This document shows positions 50,453-58,836 of a stretch of DNA of 64,000 nt, piece by piece. The notes under the pieces were generated by a model, which saw only the letters and a list, made by a program, of their open reading frames with translations, had not been told where the DNA came from and ran no database searches. Source of the stretch: an uncultured delta proteobacterium (GTDB taxonomy: Bacteria > Myxococcota > Myxococcia > SLRQ01). A program made the translations under genes and the position numbers. The DNA is taken from positions 800,001 to 864,000 of the forward strand of contig CAVSGM010000001.1 in assembly GCA_963727485.1 (NCBI GenBank), read 5' to 3'. Numbering within the stretch: the first letter of the stretch is position 1; every line of letters starts with the position of its first letter.

Positions 50453-50587
50453 GGCCTACCTCCGTGATTGGGGCGCGGAAGCTACCACAGGCCCCCGGTG
50501 GCGCCTACCCGCCTGGGTCAACCTGCACCGGGGCGCTAAAGCCCCACCCCGGGTGGCCGATGGGAGGCGTCGAAGGACACCCGTGAC

Positions 50588-52324
50588 ATGGCGACGGCAA
50601 CCCAGGCAACCCAGGCAGGACAGGCACAGATCATCCCCCTGAAGGGGCGGGCAGGCCCCTCGGTGCCCGGTGGCGACCCATCCCGGGCGCCGACGGACAC
50701 CGACGCGGAGCTCAACCTCCGCATCCTCTGGTCCCTGGCGCAGTGGCTCCGCGATCACCGGGGGCAGGCCGCCCTGCGCCGGGCCGCCGAGGCCGGGGGC
50801 ATCGCCCCCGAGGACCTCGACGGCAAGAGCCGCTGGGCCTCGGTGGCGCAGGTGGACGCCTTCTTCGCCGCGGCCCGGGAGACCATGCCCGACGACGCCA
50901 CCTTCGCCCGGGCCTGTGCCTGGCGCATGGCCGAGGGCCTCGGGCCCTTCCGCCACCTCCTCTGGGCGATGAGCCCCCGGGCGGTCTACGGCCAGGGCGC
51001 GAGGTCGATGCGCCTCATCTCCCGGGTGAGCCGCTACGAGCTCGCCGAGGAGCGCGAGGGCCTGGCGGTCTGGCGCTACCTGACCGACCGGCCTGAGAGC
51101 CGCCTGATCTGCCTCTCGCGCCTCGCCCAGATGAAGATGCTCCCCACCCTCTGGGGGATGCCCGAGGCCCGGGTGGAGGAGACCGCCTGCGTCGCCCACG
51201 GGGACGGCCACTGCGAGTACCGCATCCACTACTACGCCGCCTGGCGCTGGCTCCCCGGGGGGCTGGGCTTCCTGGCTGGGCTCCTCGCCGCGGCCGCGGC
51301 CACCGGCCTGGGGGTCGCCGCCATGCCCCTGTGGGTGTCGCTGCCCCTCCTGGGCGCCGCCACCGGGTTCCTGGTGGAGCTGCGCCGGATCAACCGGATG
51401 AACCTGGGCCTGGGCGCGGAGATGCAGGAGGCCCTCCTGGAGATCGCCCGGGACGACGCCGAGGCCCGCAGCGAGCTCCTCGCTCTCCAGCAGCGCCAGC
51501 AGGCGTGGACCCGGGTCCTCGAGGCCCAGGTCGCCGAGCGCACCGCGATGCTCCAGCGGATGGTCGACAAGATCCAGCGCATCCGCACCGAGCGCGAGGC
51601 CACCCTCCGGGGCTTCTCCCACGACCTGCGCAATCCCCTGGCGGTGCTCCGCGCCGGCACCGGCCTCCTCGCCGAGAACGCCGAGGTCCTCGGCGAGGAC
51701 GGCCCGGAGCTGGTCGCCGACATGGAGGCCTCGGTCGACCGGATGGAGCGGATGCTTCGGGAGGCCATGGACGTCGCCGAGGGCCGGGGCCGCCTGCTCC
51801 ACCTGGTCCCCGAGCGCCTGGTCGTCGCCGAGCTCCCCGAGCAGCTGCGCCGCCGGCTCCAGGCGCTGGTCCTGGGCCGGGACATCCGGGTCACCGCCTT
51901 CGCCACCCGGGAGGCCCCGGAGGCCGTCGAGACCGATCCCCTCCTCTTCGACCGGGTCGTCGACAACCTGCTCACCAACGCCGCCAAGTACACCGAGCGC
52001 GGGAGCATCGTGGTCGAGGTCGGTGGCCGCCCCGGTGCCCTCACCCTCAAGGTCTCCGACACCGGCCGGGGCATCGCCGACGAGGCCCTCCACCGCATCT
52101 TCCAGGCCGGCGGCTCCACCGAGCGCGCCCCCGGGAGCTGGGGAGTGGGGCTCTCGGTGGTCGTCGATCTCCTGGCCCAGGTCGGCGGCCACCTCGAGGT
52201 GATGTCCCGCCCCGGGGTGGGCACGACCTTCTGGGTCCACATCCCCGAGCGCCTCGATCCCACGGTCGCCTCCGACGACCCCATCGACCAGGTGGTCACC
52301 ATCCGCAGGAACGACACCCCATGA
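50588..52324 (+). CDS. Sensor histidine kinase with N-terminal HNOB/V4R-like domain and two TM helices
   Basis: EETACVAHGDGHCEYRI (V4R-type Cys motif); SHDLRNPL (H-box), NLLTNAAKYT, VSDTGRGI, GVGLS, GVGTTF. Confidence 0.88.
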   Translation: MATATQATQAGQAQIIPLKGRAGPSVPGGDPSRAPTDTDAELNLRILWSLAQWLRDHRGQAALRRAAEAGGIAPEDLDGKSRWASVAQVDAFFAAARETMPDDATFARACAWRMAEGLGPFRHLLWAMSPRAVYGQGARSMRLISRVSRYELAEEREGLAVWRYLTDRPESRLICLSRLAQMKMLPTLWGMPEARVEETACVAHGDGHCEYRIHYYAAWRWLPGGLGFLAGLLAAAAATGLGVAAMPLWVSLPLLGAATGFLVELRRINRMNLGLGAEMQEALLEIARDDAEARSELLALQQRQQAWTRVLEAQVAERTAMLQRMVDKIQRIRTEREATLRGFSHDLRNPLAVLRAGTGLLAENAEVLGEDGPELVADMEASVDRMERMLREAMDVAEGRGRLLHLVPERLVVAELPEQLRRRLQALVLGRDIRVTAFATREAPEAVETDPLLFDRVVDNLLTNAAKYTERGSIVVEVGGRPGALTLKVSDTGRGIADEALHRIFQAGGSTERAPGSWGVGLSVVVDLLAQVGGHLEVMSRPGVGTTFWVHIPERLDPTVASDDPIDQVVTIRRNDTP

Positions 52325-54084
52325 CGACTGCCCTCCGGGTCTCCAAGCCCGCCCCCGCCTCCGCCCCCGAACGGGCGGTGGATCTCTTTCTGCGCTACCT
52401 CAAGGCCGAGGGCGTGCGCGTGGTCTTCGGCATCCCCGGCGGCCTGCTCCACCCCTTCTTCGAGGAGGCGGAGCACGACCCCGAGCTCACCCTGGTGGTG
52501 CCCAAGCACGAGGAGGGCGCGGCGTTCATGGCCGACGGCTACGCCCGGGCCGGCGGCGGGCTCGCGGTCTGCGCCGGTACCGCCGGTCCCGGATCCACCA
52601 ACCTCCTCACCGGTGTGAGCTGTGCCTTCGCCGACGGGGTGCCGATGGTGGTCGTCACCGGGCAGGCCGCCAGCCGCGCCATGGGCCGCGGCGCCGCCCA
52701 GGAGACCACCCGGGAGGACATCGACATCGTGGAGATGTTCCGGCCGGTGACCAAGTACTCGGCGATGGTCACCGACGTCGCGGACCTCGGCCGGCACCTG
52801 CGCCGGGCGCTCCGCCGCGCCCTGACCGGGCGGAGGGGGCCGGTGCACCTCAACCTCCCGGTCGACCTCTGGGAGCAGCCGGTCCCCGAGGACGACTGGC
52901 GCGATCCGGCGACCTGGCGCCCGGAGACGCACCTCTTCGACCGCGCGGCGGTGTCCCGGGCCGCCGACGCCCTCCTCGAGGCCGAGCACCCGGTGATCCT
53001 CTGCGGCTCCGGGGTCGCCGCCGCCGGCGCCGAGGGTCACCTCCTGGCCCTCGCCGAGCTCCTCGACGCCCGGGTGGCGACCACGCCGAGGGCCAAGGGG
53101 GTGTTCCCCGAGGACCACCCGGCGTCCCTGGGCGTCCTGGGCTTCGCCGGCCACCGCGCCGCCCGGGAGGTCCTCCTCGGCGACGAGGTCGACGTCCTCC
53201 TCACCGCCGGCGCGTCGCTGAACGAGACCACCACCTTCAACTGGCACCCGGGGCTGGGGCCGGCCCGGGCCCTGCTCCAGCTCGACATCGACCCGGACCG
53301 CATCGGCCGCAACTACCCCGTCGACGTGCCCCTGGTCGGCGACGCCCAGACGGTGTTGGTGGAGCTCGTCTACCACCTCCACCGGGCGATCCGCGACGGG
53401 CGAAGGCCGATGGGCCGATGGGGCGACGCCCCGCCGGTGCCCGGCGGTGAGGCGCGCTACGCCGAGCCCGAGCTGCGGGGCTCGTCGGCCCGGCCCCTCG
53501 CCCCCCAGCGGTGGCGGGTGGACCTGATGGAGGTGCTCCCCGACGACGCCCTGGTGTTCTCGGACATCGGCGGCCACATGCTCTTCAACCTCCACGACCT
53601 GGAGATCCGCTCGGGCCAGCGCTTCCTCATAAACCTCGGGTTCGGGTCCATGGGTCACGGGACGGTGGCGCCCATCGGCGCCGCGCTGGCCGACCCCGAC
53701 CGGCCGGTGGTGGCCATCGTCGGCGACGGCTGCTTCACCATGAACGGGATGGAGCTGCTGACCGCCGCCGAGCACCGCCTCCCGGTGGTGTGGCTGGTGG
53801 AGCACAACGACATGCACGGGATCACCTGGCACGGGAGCAAGCGGGTGGGGCGCAAGCGCCCCATGGAGTCGGTGCGCTACCGCCGACACCTCGACGTCTC
53901 GGGGATCGCCCGGGCCATGGGCCTCACCACCGAGGTGGTCGACGGTCCCGGGCAGCTCCAGGCGGTGCTCCCGGGGCTCCTCGCCGCGCGGGCCCCGGCG
54001 GTGGTCGAGATCCGGGTCGACGGCACCATCGAGCCCCCCCTGGGGGACCGGGCGAAGACCATCGCCGGGTTCACCGAGCGATGA
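52321..54084 (+). CDS. ThDP-dependent enzyme (acetolactate synthase / acyloin synthase superfamily)
   Basis: VFGIPGG, KHEEGAAFMADGYAR (catalytic Glu), AGPGSTN, GPVHLNLPVD, FGSMG, GDGCFTMNGMEL..HN; ATGA overlap with kinase. Confidence 0.92.
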   Translation: MTTALRVSKPAPASAPERAVDLFLRYLKAEGVRVVFGIPGGLLHPFFEEAEHDPELTLVVPKHEEGAAFMADGYARAGGGLAVCAGTAGPGSTNLLTGVSCAFADGVPMVVVTGQAASRAMGRGAAQETTREDIDIVEMFRPVTKYSAMVTDVADLGRHLRRALRRALTGRRGPVHLNLPVDLWEQPVPEDDWRDPATWRPETHLFDRAAVSRAADALLEAEHPVILCGSGVAAAGAEGHLLALAELLDARVATTPRAKGVFPEDHPASLGVLGFAGHRAAREVLLGDEVDVLLTAGASLNETTTFNWHPGLGPARALLQLDIDPDRIGRNYPVDVPLVGDAQTVLVELVYHLHRAIRDGRRPMGRWGDAPPVPGGEARYAEPELRGSSARPLAPQRWRVDLMEVLPDDALVFSDIGGHMLFNLHDLEIRSGQRFLINLGFGSMGHGTVAPIGAALADPDRPVVAIVGDGCFTMNGMELLTAAEHRLPVVWLVEHNDMHGITWHGSKRVGRKRPMESVRYRRHLDVSGIARAMGLTTEVVDGPGQLQAVLPGLLAARAPAVVEIRVDGTIEPPLGDRAKTIAGFTER

Positions 54085-54800
54085 CCGCCCGGGCACAGGT
54101 CCCATCGCCGGCCGCCGACACCGACGACCACGGGCCCGTGGAGGACACCCCCTGGCCGACGCGCCTCGAGGCCCACGTGGTCACCCCGGGCCCGGCGCCG
54201 CGGATCCACGGCTACGACGTCCACGACGACCTCGCCCGGCACTACGGCTTCGGGGAGGTGGTCTTGCTCACCCTCACCGGTCAGCCCCCGAGCGTGGGGG
54301 TGGGGCGGGTGTTCGAGGCGGCGCTCGTCGACCTTGCCCCGGTGACGGTCGCCGAGGCCCCGGCCCACGCCGCCGTCCTCGCCCGCCTCTGCGACGCCGA
54401 CCCCGCGGGGACGGTGGCCACCGGCGCCATCGGCCTCGCCGAGCAGGCGCGCGAGCGCATCACCCGCCACCGGGCGGCCCTCGAGGCCCTGCGCGCCGGG
54501 CGCCCCTGGGCGGAGTGCGACGGACGCTGCGAGGGGGCAGATGCCTTGGCCGAGGCGCGTATCGCCGAGCGGCTCCGGGAGACGGGCCTCGTCGCCCCGC
54601 GCCTCGCCGGCCCGGTGTGCGCCGAGGCGGAGGGCCTGGCGACGCTGGCGGCCCTGGGCCTCACCGAGCCCTGGCAGCTCCTCGCGGCCCTGGTGGTGGC
54701 GCGCCTGCCGGCGGTGGCCGCCGAGGCCCAGGCGGTGACCCCGAGGTCGTTCCCGAGCTACCCCATGAACCTCCCGCCCTTCGTCTACGAGGTGCCCTGA
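54081..54800 (+). CDS. Citrate-synthase / citryl-CoA-lyase-fold protein (degenerate)
   Basis: WPTRL..RIHGYDVHDDL..GFGEVVLLTLTGQPP..FEAALV resembles the citryl-CoA lyase N-terminus; C-terminal LVVARLPAVAAEA; ATGA overlap. Confidence 0.6.
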   Translation: MTARAQVPSPAADTDDHGPVEDTPWPTRLEAHVVTPGPAPRIHGYDVHDDLARHYGFGEVVLLTLTGQPPSVGVGRVFEAALVDLAPVTVAEAPAHAAVLARLCDADPAGTVATGAIGLAEQARERITRHRAALEALRAGRPWAECDGRCEGADALAEARIAERLRETGLVAPRLAGPVCAEAEGLATLAALGLTEPWQLLAALVVARLPAVAAEAQAVTPRSFPSYPMNLPPFVYEVP

Positions 54801-55621
54801 TGGAGCCCGTCCGTACCCGCGTCGCCCACGCGGGCTGGCACGACCACCGTCTGCGCCACCGCCGGCTCTTCGCCGAGGTCCTCGGGCGCGCCGACCTCAC
54901 CCGCCTCAGCGTCCTCGCCCTCACCGGCCGCGACCTCGACCCCGACGCAGCCGCCATGGTCGACGACCTCGCGGTGGTCACCAGCGTCTCCGAGCCGCGG
55001 ATCTGGCCCCTGAAGGCGGCGCGCCTGGTGGCCTCCTACGGGGGGACCATGGCGGGGTTTGCCGCCGGGTGCCTCTGGGCCGACCGCGCCCAGGTGGGCT
55101 TCTGGACCTGCGGCCTCGCCGCCGAGAGCCTGGTGGCGCTCGCCGCCGAGCTCGGTGACGGCGCCGCGGATCCGGTGCGGGTCGCCGACGCGGTGCGCCG
55201 ACGGCTCGAGCGCGGCCAGGTCATCGCGGGCTTTGGCGTGCCCTTCCGGGACGAGGACGAGCGGATGGTGGCCCTGCGCCGCCAGGTGCGCGCCCGCGGC
55301 CGCGACGGTGGCCGCCACTGGACCCTCCTCGGGCACCTCGCCGAGACCATGCGCGCCGAGCGGCACCTGGGCGCCAACATCGGGCTGGGGCTCGCCGCGG
55401 TGCTCCTCGACCTCGGCTTCGACGCCGGCGAGATCAGCGTCCTCGCCGCCCAGCTCGGCCACCACACCTTCCTCGCCAACGCCCACGAGGGCGCCATCCA
55501 GGGCGCCCCCGCCCTGCGCCGGCTCCCGGACGAGGCGGTGGCCTACGTGGGCGCCGGGCCCCGGCCCTCACCGCGGGCGGCGGCAGGGGACGGGGTCGCC
55601 GGTCCCGACCTCAGTCCTTGA
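54800..55621 (+). CDS. Citrate-synthase-fold protein (degenerate)
   Basis: VRTRV..LALTGR, EPRIWP, IAGFGVPFRDEDER (cf. GFGHRVY..DPR), ANIG..AAVLLDLGF (cf. PNVD); TGATG overlap. Confidence 0.65.
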   Translation: MEPVRTRVAHAGWHDHRLRHRRLFAEVLGRADLTRLSVLALTGRDLDPDAAAMVDDLAVVTSVSEPRIWPLKAARLVASYGGTMAGFAAGCLWADRAQVGFWTCGLAAESLVALAAELGDGAADPVRVADAVRRRLERGQVIAGFGVPFRDEDERMVALRRQVRARGRDGGRHWTLLGHLAETMRAERHLGANIGLGLAAVLLDLGFDAGEISVLAAQLGHHTFLANAHEGAIQGAPALRRLPDEAVAYVGAGPRPSPRAAAGDGVAGPDLSP

Positions 55622-55814
55622 GGATGAAGGTCACCTTGAGGTTGACCCGGTAGGTGGTGATGCGGCCGTCCTCGACGCTGACCTGCTGCTCCTTCACCCA
55701 GGCCGACCGGATGTTCTCCACGGTGTTCGTGGCCCGCTTGATGCCCACCCGGATCGCGTGCTCGAAGCTCTCGGGCGACTCGCTGGTGATCTCCATGACC
55801 TTGGCGACGCTCAT
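55611..55814 (-). CDS. Dodecin-family flavin-binding protein
   Basis: MSVAKVMEITSESPESFEHAI..GIKRA..SAWVKEQ..YRVNLKVTF, 67 aa; GGGGAGAG RBS. Confidence 0.9.
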   Translation of the reverse strand: MSVAKVMEITSESPESFEHAIRVGIKRATNTVENIRSAWVKEQQVSVEDGRITTYRVNLKVTFILKD

Positions 55815-56040
55815 GCTCTCCCCCTGGCAGGGCGCCGGGACGAGCCCGGCGCGCGTGACTGCCTCGGACGTATGACCCGCCCCCGGGGGCGCAAGGCGTG
55901 GATCCCCCGCCCCGGGCGGCTTCCCCGGCGGGGCGACACCCCAGCGCAGGCTCTGCACCTCTCGTGGGTCCCGGACGCAGGCCGGGAGCATCCGGCGGGG
56001 CCCTTGGCGCCCCAAGGCCCGGTCGTCACGACCGATGGCG

Positions 56041-56058
56041 TAGGCACGCCCCATGCTT
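56041..56058 (+). promoter_or_regulatory. Sigma54 (-24/-12) promoter candidate for the avidin gene
   Basis: taGGCACGccccaTGCtt: GG (56043-44), 10 nt, GC (56055-56), close to consensus TGGCACG-N4-TTGC. Confidence 0.6.
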
Positions 56059-56093
56059 CTGTCCAAGGCGTATCCCACGCGATGGAGGTCGCC

Positions 56094-56513
56094 ATGAACG
56101 CCCAAGACGGGACCTGGTTCAACGAGCACGGCTCGAAGATGACCGTCGAGATTGCGGCCGACGGGCAGGTGACCGGCACCTTCGAGAGCGCCGTGGGCCT
56201 CGCCGCCCCCGGCGAGCGCTTCCCGGTGACCGGCTACGCCACCGGCGACCTGGTCGCCTTCACCGTGAACTTCGGGCGGTACCTCTCCCTGACCACCTGG
56301 GTCGGCTACCGGGCCTTCGAGGACGACGGCGAGGAGGTGCTGCGGACCACCTGGCAGATGGCGGTGTCGCCCCCGGCGCAGAAGATCGCCGAGCGGTGGA
56401 AGGGCACCTGGACCGGGTCGAACCTCTTCCGGCGCCACCCGCGCACCGAGACCCGCCTGCCCCACACCCGCGAGGCGGCGACCCGTCCGGTGGCGCCGCC
56501 GCTGGCCTTCTAG
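56094..56513 (+). CDS. Avidin/streptavidin-family protein, no signal peptide
   Basis: GTWFNEHGS, GQVTGTFESAVG, FTVNF, SLTTWVG, TTWQM, WKGTWTGSNLF align with streptavidin GTWYNQLGS/TGTYESAVG/SATTWSG/WKSTLVGHDTF; GGAGG RBS. Confidence 0.9.
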   Translation: MNAQDGTWFNEHGSKMTVEIAADGQVTGTFESAVGLAAPGERFPVTGYATGDLVAFTVNFGRYLSLTTWVGYRAFEDDGEEVLRTTWQMAVSPPAQKIAERWKGTWTGSNLFRRHPRTETRLPHTREAATRPVAPPLAF

Positions 56514-56531
56514 GGGAGCCCGACCGGGTGC

Positions 56532-57536
56532 CTAGGCCGCGCGCTGGGGCGCCAGGGGCGCCTCGGCCTCGCCGAAGCCCACCATCCGGTTCAGGTCCGG
56601 GTCCCAGAGCCGCAGCCGCAAACAGGCGGCGATGTCGCGGACCCGCCAGGAGGTGCGCCCGGGGTTCTGGAGCTCGGGGACGGCCGCCATCGCCTCGGGG
56701 AGCCGGTAGAAGGGGATCCGGTGGTCGAGGTGGTGGACGTGGTGGTAGCCGATGTTCCCGGTGAGCCAGTGCATCACCGGGCTCATGTCGAACATGCTCG
56801 AGCACTTGAGCGCCGCGTGGACGTAGTCCCAGTCGCGCCGGCCGCGGAGCTCGGTCGCCGGGAAGTTGTGCTGGGCGTAGAAGAGGTAGGCGCCCAGCCC
56901 GGTGGCGATGTAGATGGGCAGGGCGAGGCCCAGGAGGGCCGACTGCCAGCCGAGGAGCGCGGTGAGGACCCCGAGGCCGGTGAAGTGGAGCACCAGCGCC
57001 AGGGGGCCGGACCAGTGCGCGTGGTTGCGGCGCCAGGCCGAGATGCACATCCCACCCATGAAGATGGTGAAGTAGCCGAAGAAGATGGTCAGCGGGTGGC
57101 GGGCCAGGGCGTAGGCCCGGCGCTGCCCGGGCTTCAGGCCGCGCCACATGCCCACGCTGACGATGGGAAACGAGCCGATGGCCGAGCCGACGATCTTGGA
57201 GTTGTTCTTGTGGTGGTAGTTGTGGGTCTCGCGCCAGATGGAGCGGGGCGAGAGCACGAGGTAGCCGACCCCGCTCATGATGAAGCCCCCGACCCGGGAG
57301 CCGCGCAGCACCGCCCCGTGGAGGTGGTCGTGGTAGAAGATGAAGGTGCGGACGGTGATCAGGCCCTGGAACACCGAGGCCGCCACCCGCAGGGGCAGGG
57401 GCAGGCCGGGCCAGATCGCCACGGTGAAGGCGGCGCCCAGGAGGACCAGGGTGACCAGGAGCAGGCGCCAGGTCCTGCCCCGATCCTCGATCGCGTAGGG
57501 TTTGGTCGCTCGGACCAGCTCCGCTCCGTCTCTCAT
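56532..57536 (-). CDS. Membrane fatty acid desaturase (Des/DesA-like)
   Basis: Three His boxes HDHLH, HNYHH, HHVHH; LFYAQHNF; RIPFYRL. Confidence 0.92.
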   Translation of the reverse strand: MRDGAELVRATKPYAIEDRGRTWRLLLVTLVLLGAAFTVAIWPGLPLPLRVAASVFQGLITVRTFIFYHDHLHGAVLRGSRVGGFIMSGVGYLVLSPRSIWRETHNYHHKNNSKIVGSAIGSFPIVSVGMWRGLKPGQRRAYALARHPLTIFFGYFTIFMGGMCISAWRRNHAHWSGPLALVLHFTGLGVLTALLGWQSALLGLALPIYIATGLGAYLFYAQHNFPATELRGRRDWDYVHAALKCSSMFDMSPVMHWLTGNIGYHHVHHLDHRIPFYRLPEAMAAVPELQNPGRTSWRVRDIAACLRLRLWDPDLNRMVGFGEAEAPLAPQRAA

Positions 57537-57709
57537 CCCAATCTCCTCTGGTGGCCAGCGCCGCTCGGCGCCGGTCAGATGGCGCCGGGAGCCTAGCACG
57601 CCGGTCCAGGGGTTCGTCAGCCGCTTCTCAACCTTTCCCTGGGTGTGGTAAGGCGGACCTCCCACTCGAGCAACACCGGGCCGGGCGCCCGGGCCGGAAG
57701 GATCTGCCC

Positions 57710-58558
57710 ATGTCGACGCAAGCCGAAGTCGAGGTCTCCTACGACGTCTCCAACGAGTTCTTCCGCCTCTGGCTGGACGAGCGGATGAACTACACCTGTG
57801 GCGTCTACGAGGGCACCGACAACCTCGAGGAGGCCCAGGTCAAGAAGCTCGACTGGATCCACGACGCGGCCCACCTCTCCCCCGAGAAGCGGCACCTGGA
57901 CATCGGCTGCGGCTGGGGCGCCTGCATCGAGCACATGACCACCGCCAAGGGCGTGAAGAGCTCCACGGGGATCACCCTGAGCCGCGCCCAGTACGAGGAG
58001 ATCGAGCGGCGCAAGATCCCCGGGGTCAGCGCCAAGGTGGTCTCCTACGCGGACTTCGAGCCCGAGCACAAGTTCGACGCCGTCACCTCCATCTGCATGA
58101 TGGAGCACATCGCCACCCCCGAGCAGGCCCGCCGCGGCGAGCACATCGCCCTCTACCGCGACTACTTCCGCCGGGCCTGGGAGTGGACCACCCCCGGGAG
58201 CTACTTCGGCCTCCAGACCATCCTCCGCAACCGGGTGCCCCGGAACCGCGACGACCTCAAGGACCTCGGCTGGGTCACCTACGAGATCTTCCCGGGCGGC
58301 CTGTCGCTGCGCCTCGAGGACATCGTGATGTCCGTGAACCCCTACTGGGAGATCCTGGAGATCAAGACCCGCCGCGAGGACTACGGGAAGACCACCGCCG
58401 AGTGGCTGCGCCGGCTGCGCCTCAACGAGGCCACCATCCGCGAGAAGTGGGGCGACAAGGTCTTCGACGACTACGACCGCTACCTGCGCACCTGCGTGCG
58501 GTCCTTCGACATGCACTACCAGTCCCTCGCCCAGTACAGCCTGCGGCGCATCGACTAG
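57710..58558 (+). CDS. Cyclopropane-fatty-acyl / mycolic-acid-type SAM methyltransferase (short form)
   Basis: YDVSNEFFRLWLD..NYTCG, LEEAQ..K, LDIGCGWG, GITLS..Q, SICMMEH, IFPGG, YGKT..W. Confidence 0.9.
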   Translation: MSTQAEVEVSYDVSNEFFRLWLDERMNYTCGVYEGTDNLEEAQVKKLDWIHDAAHLSPEKRHLDIGCGWGACIEHMTTAKGVKSSTGITLSRAQYEEIERRKIPGVSAKVVSYADFEPEHKFDAVTSICMMEHIATPEQARRGEHIALYRDYFRRAWEWTTPGSYFGLQTILRNRVPRNRDDLKDLGWVTYEIFPGGLSLRLEDIVMSVNPYWEILEIKTRREDYGKTTAEWLRRLRLNEATIREKWGDKVFDDYDRYLRTCVRSFDMHYQSLAQYSLRRID

Positions 58559-58578
58559 ACCCCTTTCGGAGAACACCG

Positions 58579-58836
58579 ATGAACGACGCCGAGATCCTGG
58601 ACCTGCTCAAGAAGGCCCTCCTCGAGGTCGCCCCCGGGCGCGCCAAGGACTTCGAGAACATCAGCGTGGACACCACCATCGAGGCGTTGGACCTCGACTC
58701 GGTCTCCACCATGGAGATGGTCGGCTTCCTCGAGGAGCAGACCGACAAGACCTTCCCCGACGAGGACCTGTCCCGGGTGACCAAGCTCGGCGACCTGGCG
58801 ACCCTCATCCGCGGCGGTCGGGTCGGCGTGGCCTGA
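58579..58836 (+). CDS. Acyl carrier protein
   Basis: Acidic 85-aa protein with LDLDSVSTMEMV phosphopantetheine Ser motif; GGAGA RBS. Confidence 0.88.
   Translation: MNDAEILDLLKKALLEVAPGRAKDFENISVDTTIEALDLDSVSTMEMVGFLEEQTDKTFPDEDLSRVTKLGDLATLIRGGRVGVA

Noticed and set aside
52321..54084. Housekeeping acetolactate synthase ilvB
   Set aside because: No ilvN or ilvC adjacent, lacks the typical IlvB GQV..DAFQE and MVRQWQ motifs, and is coupled to unrelated genes; symbol withheld
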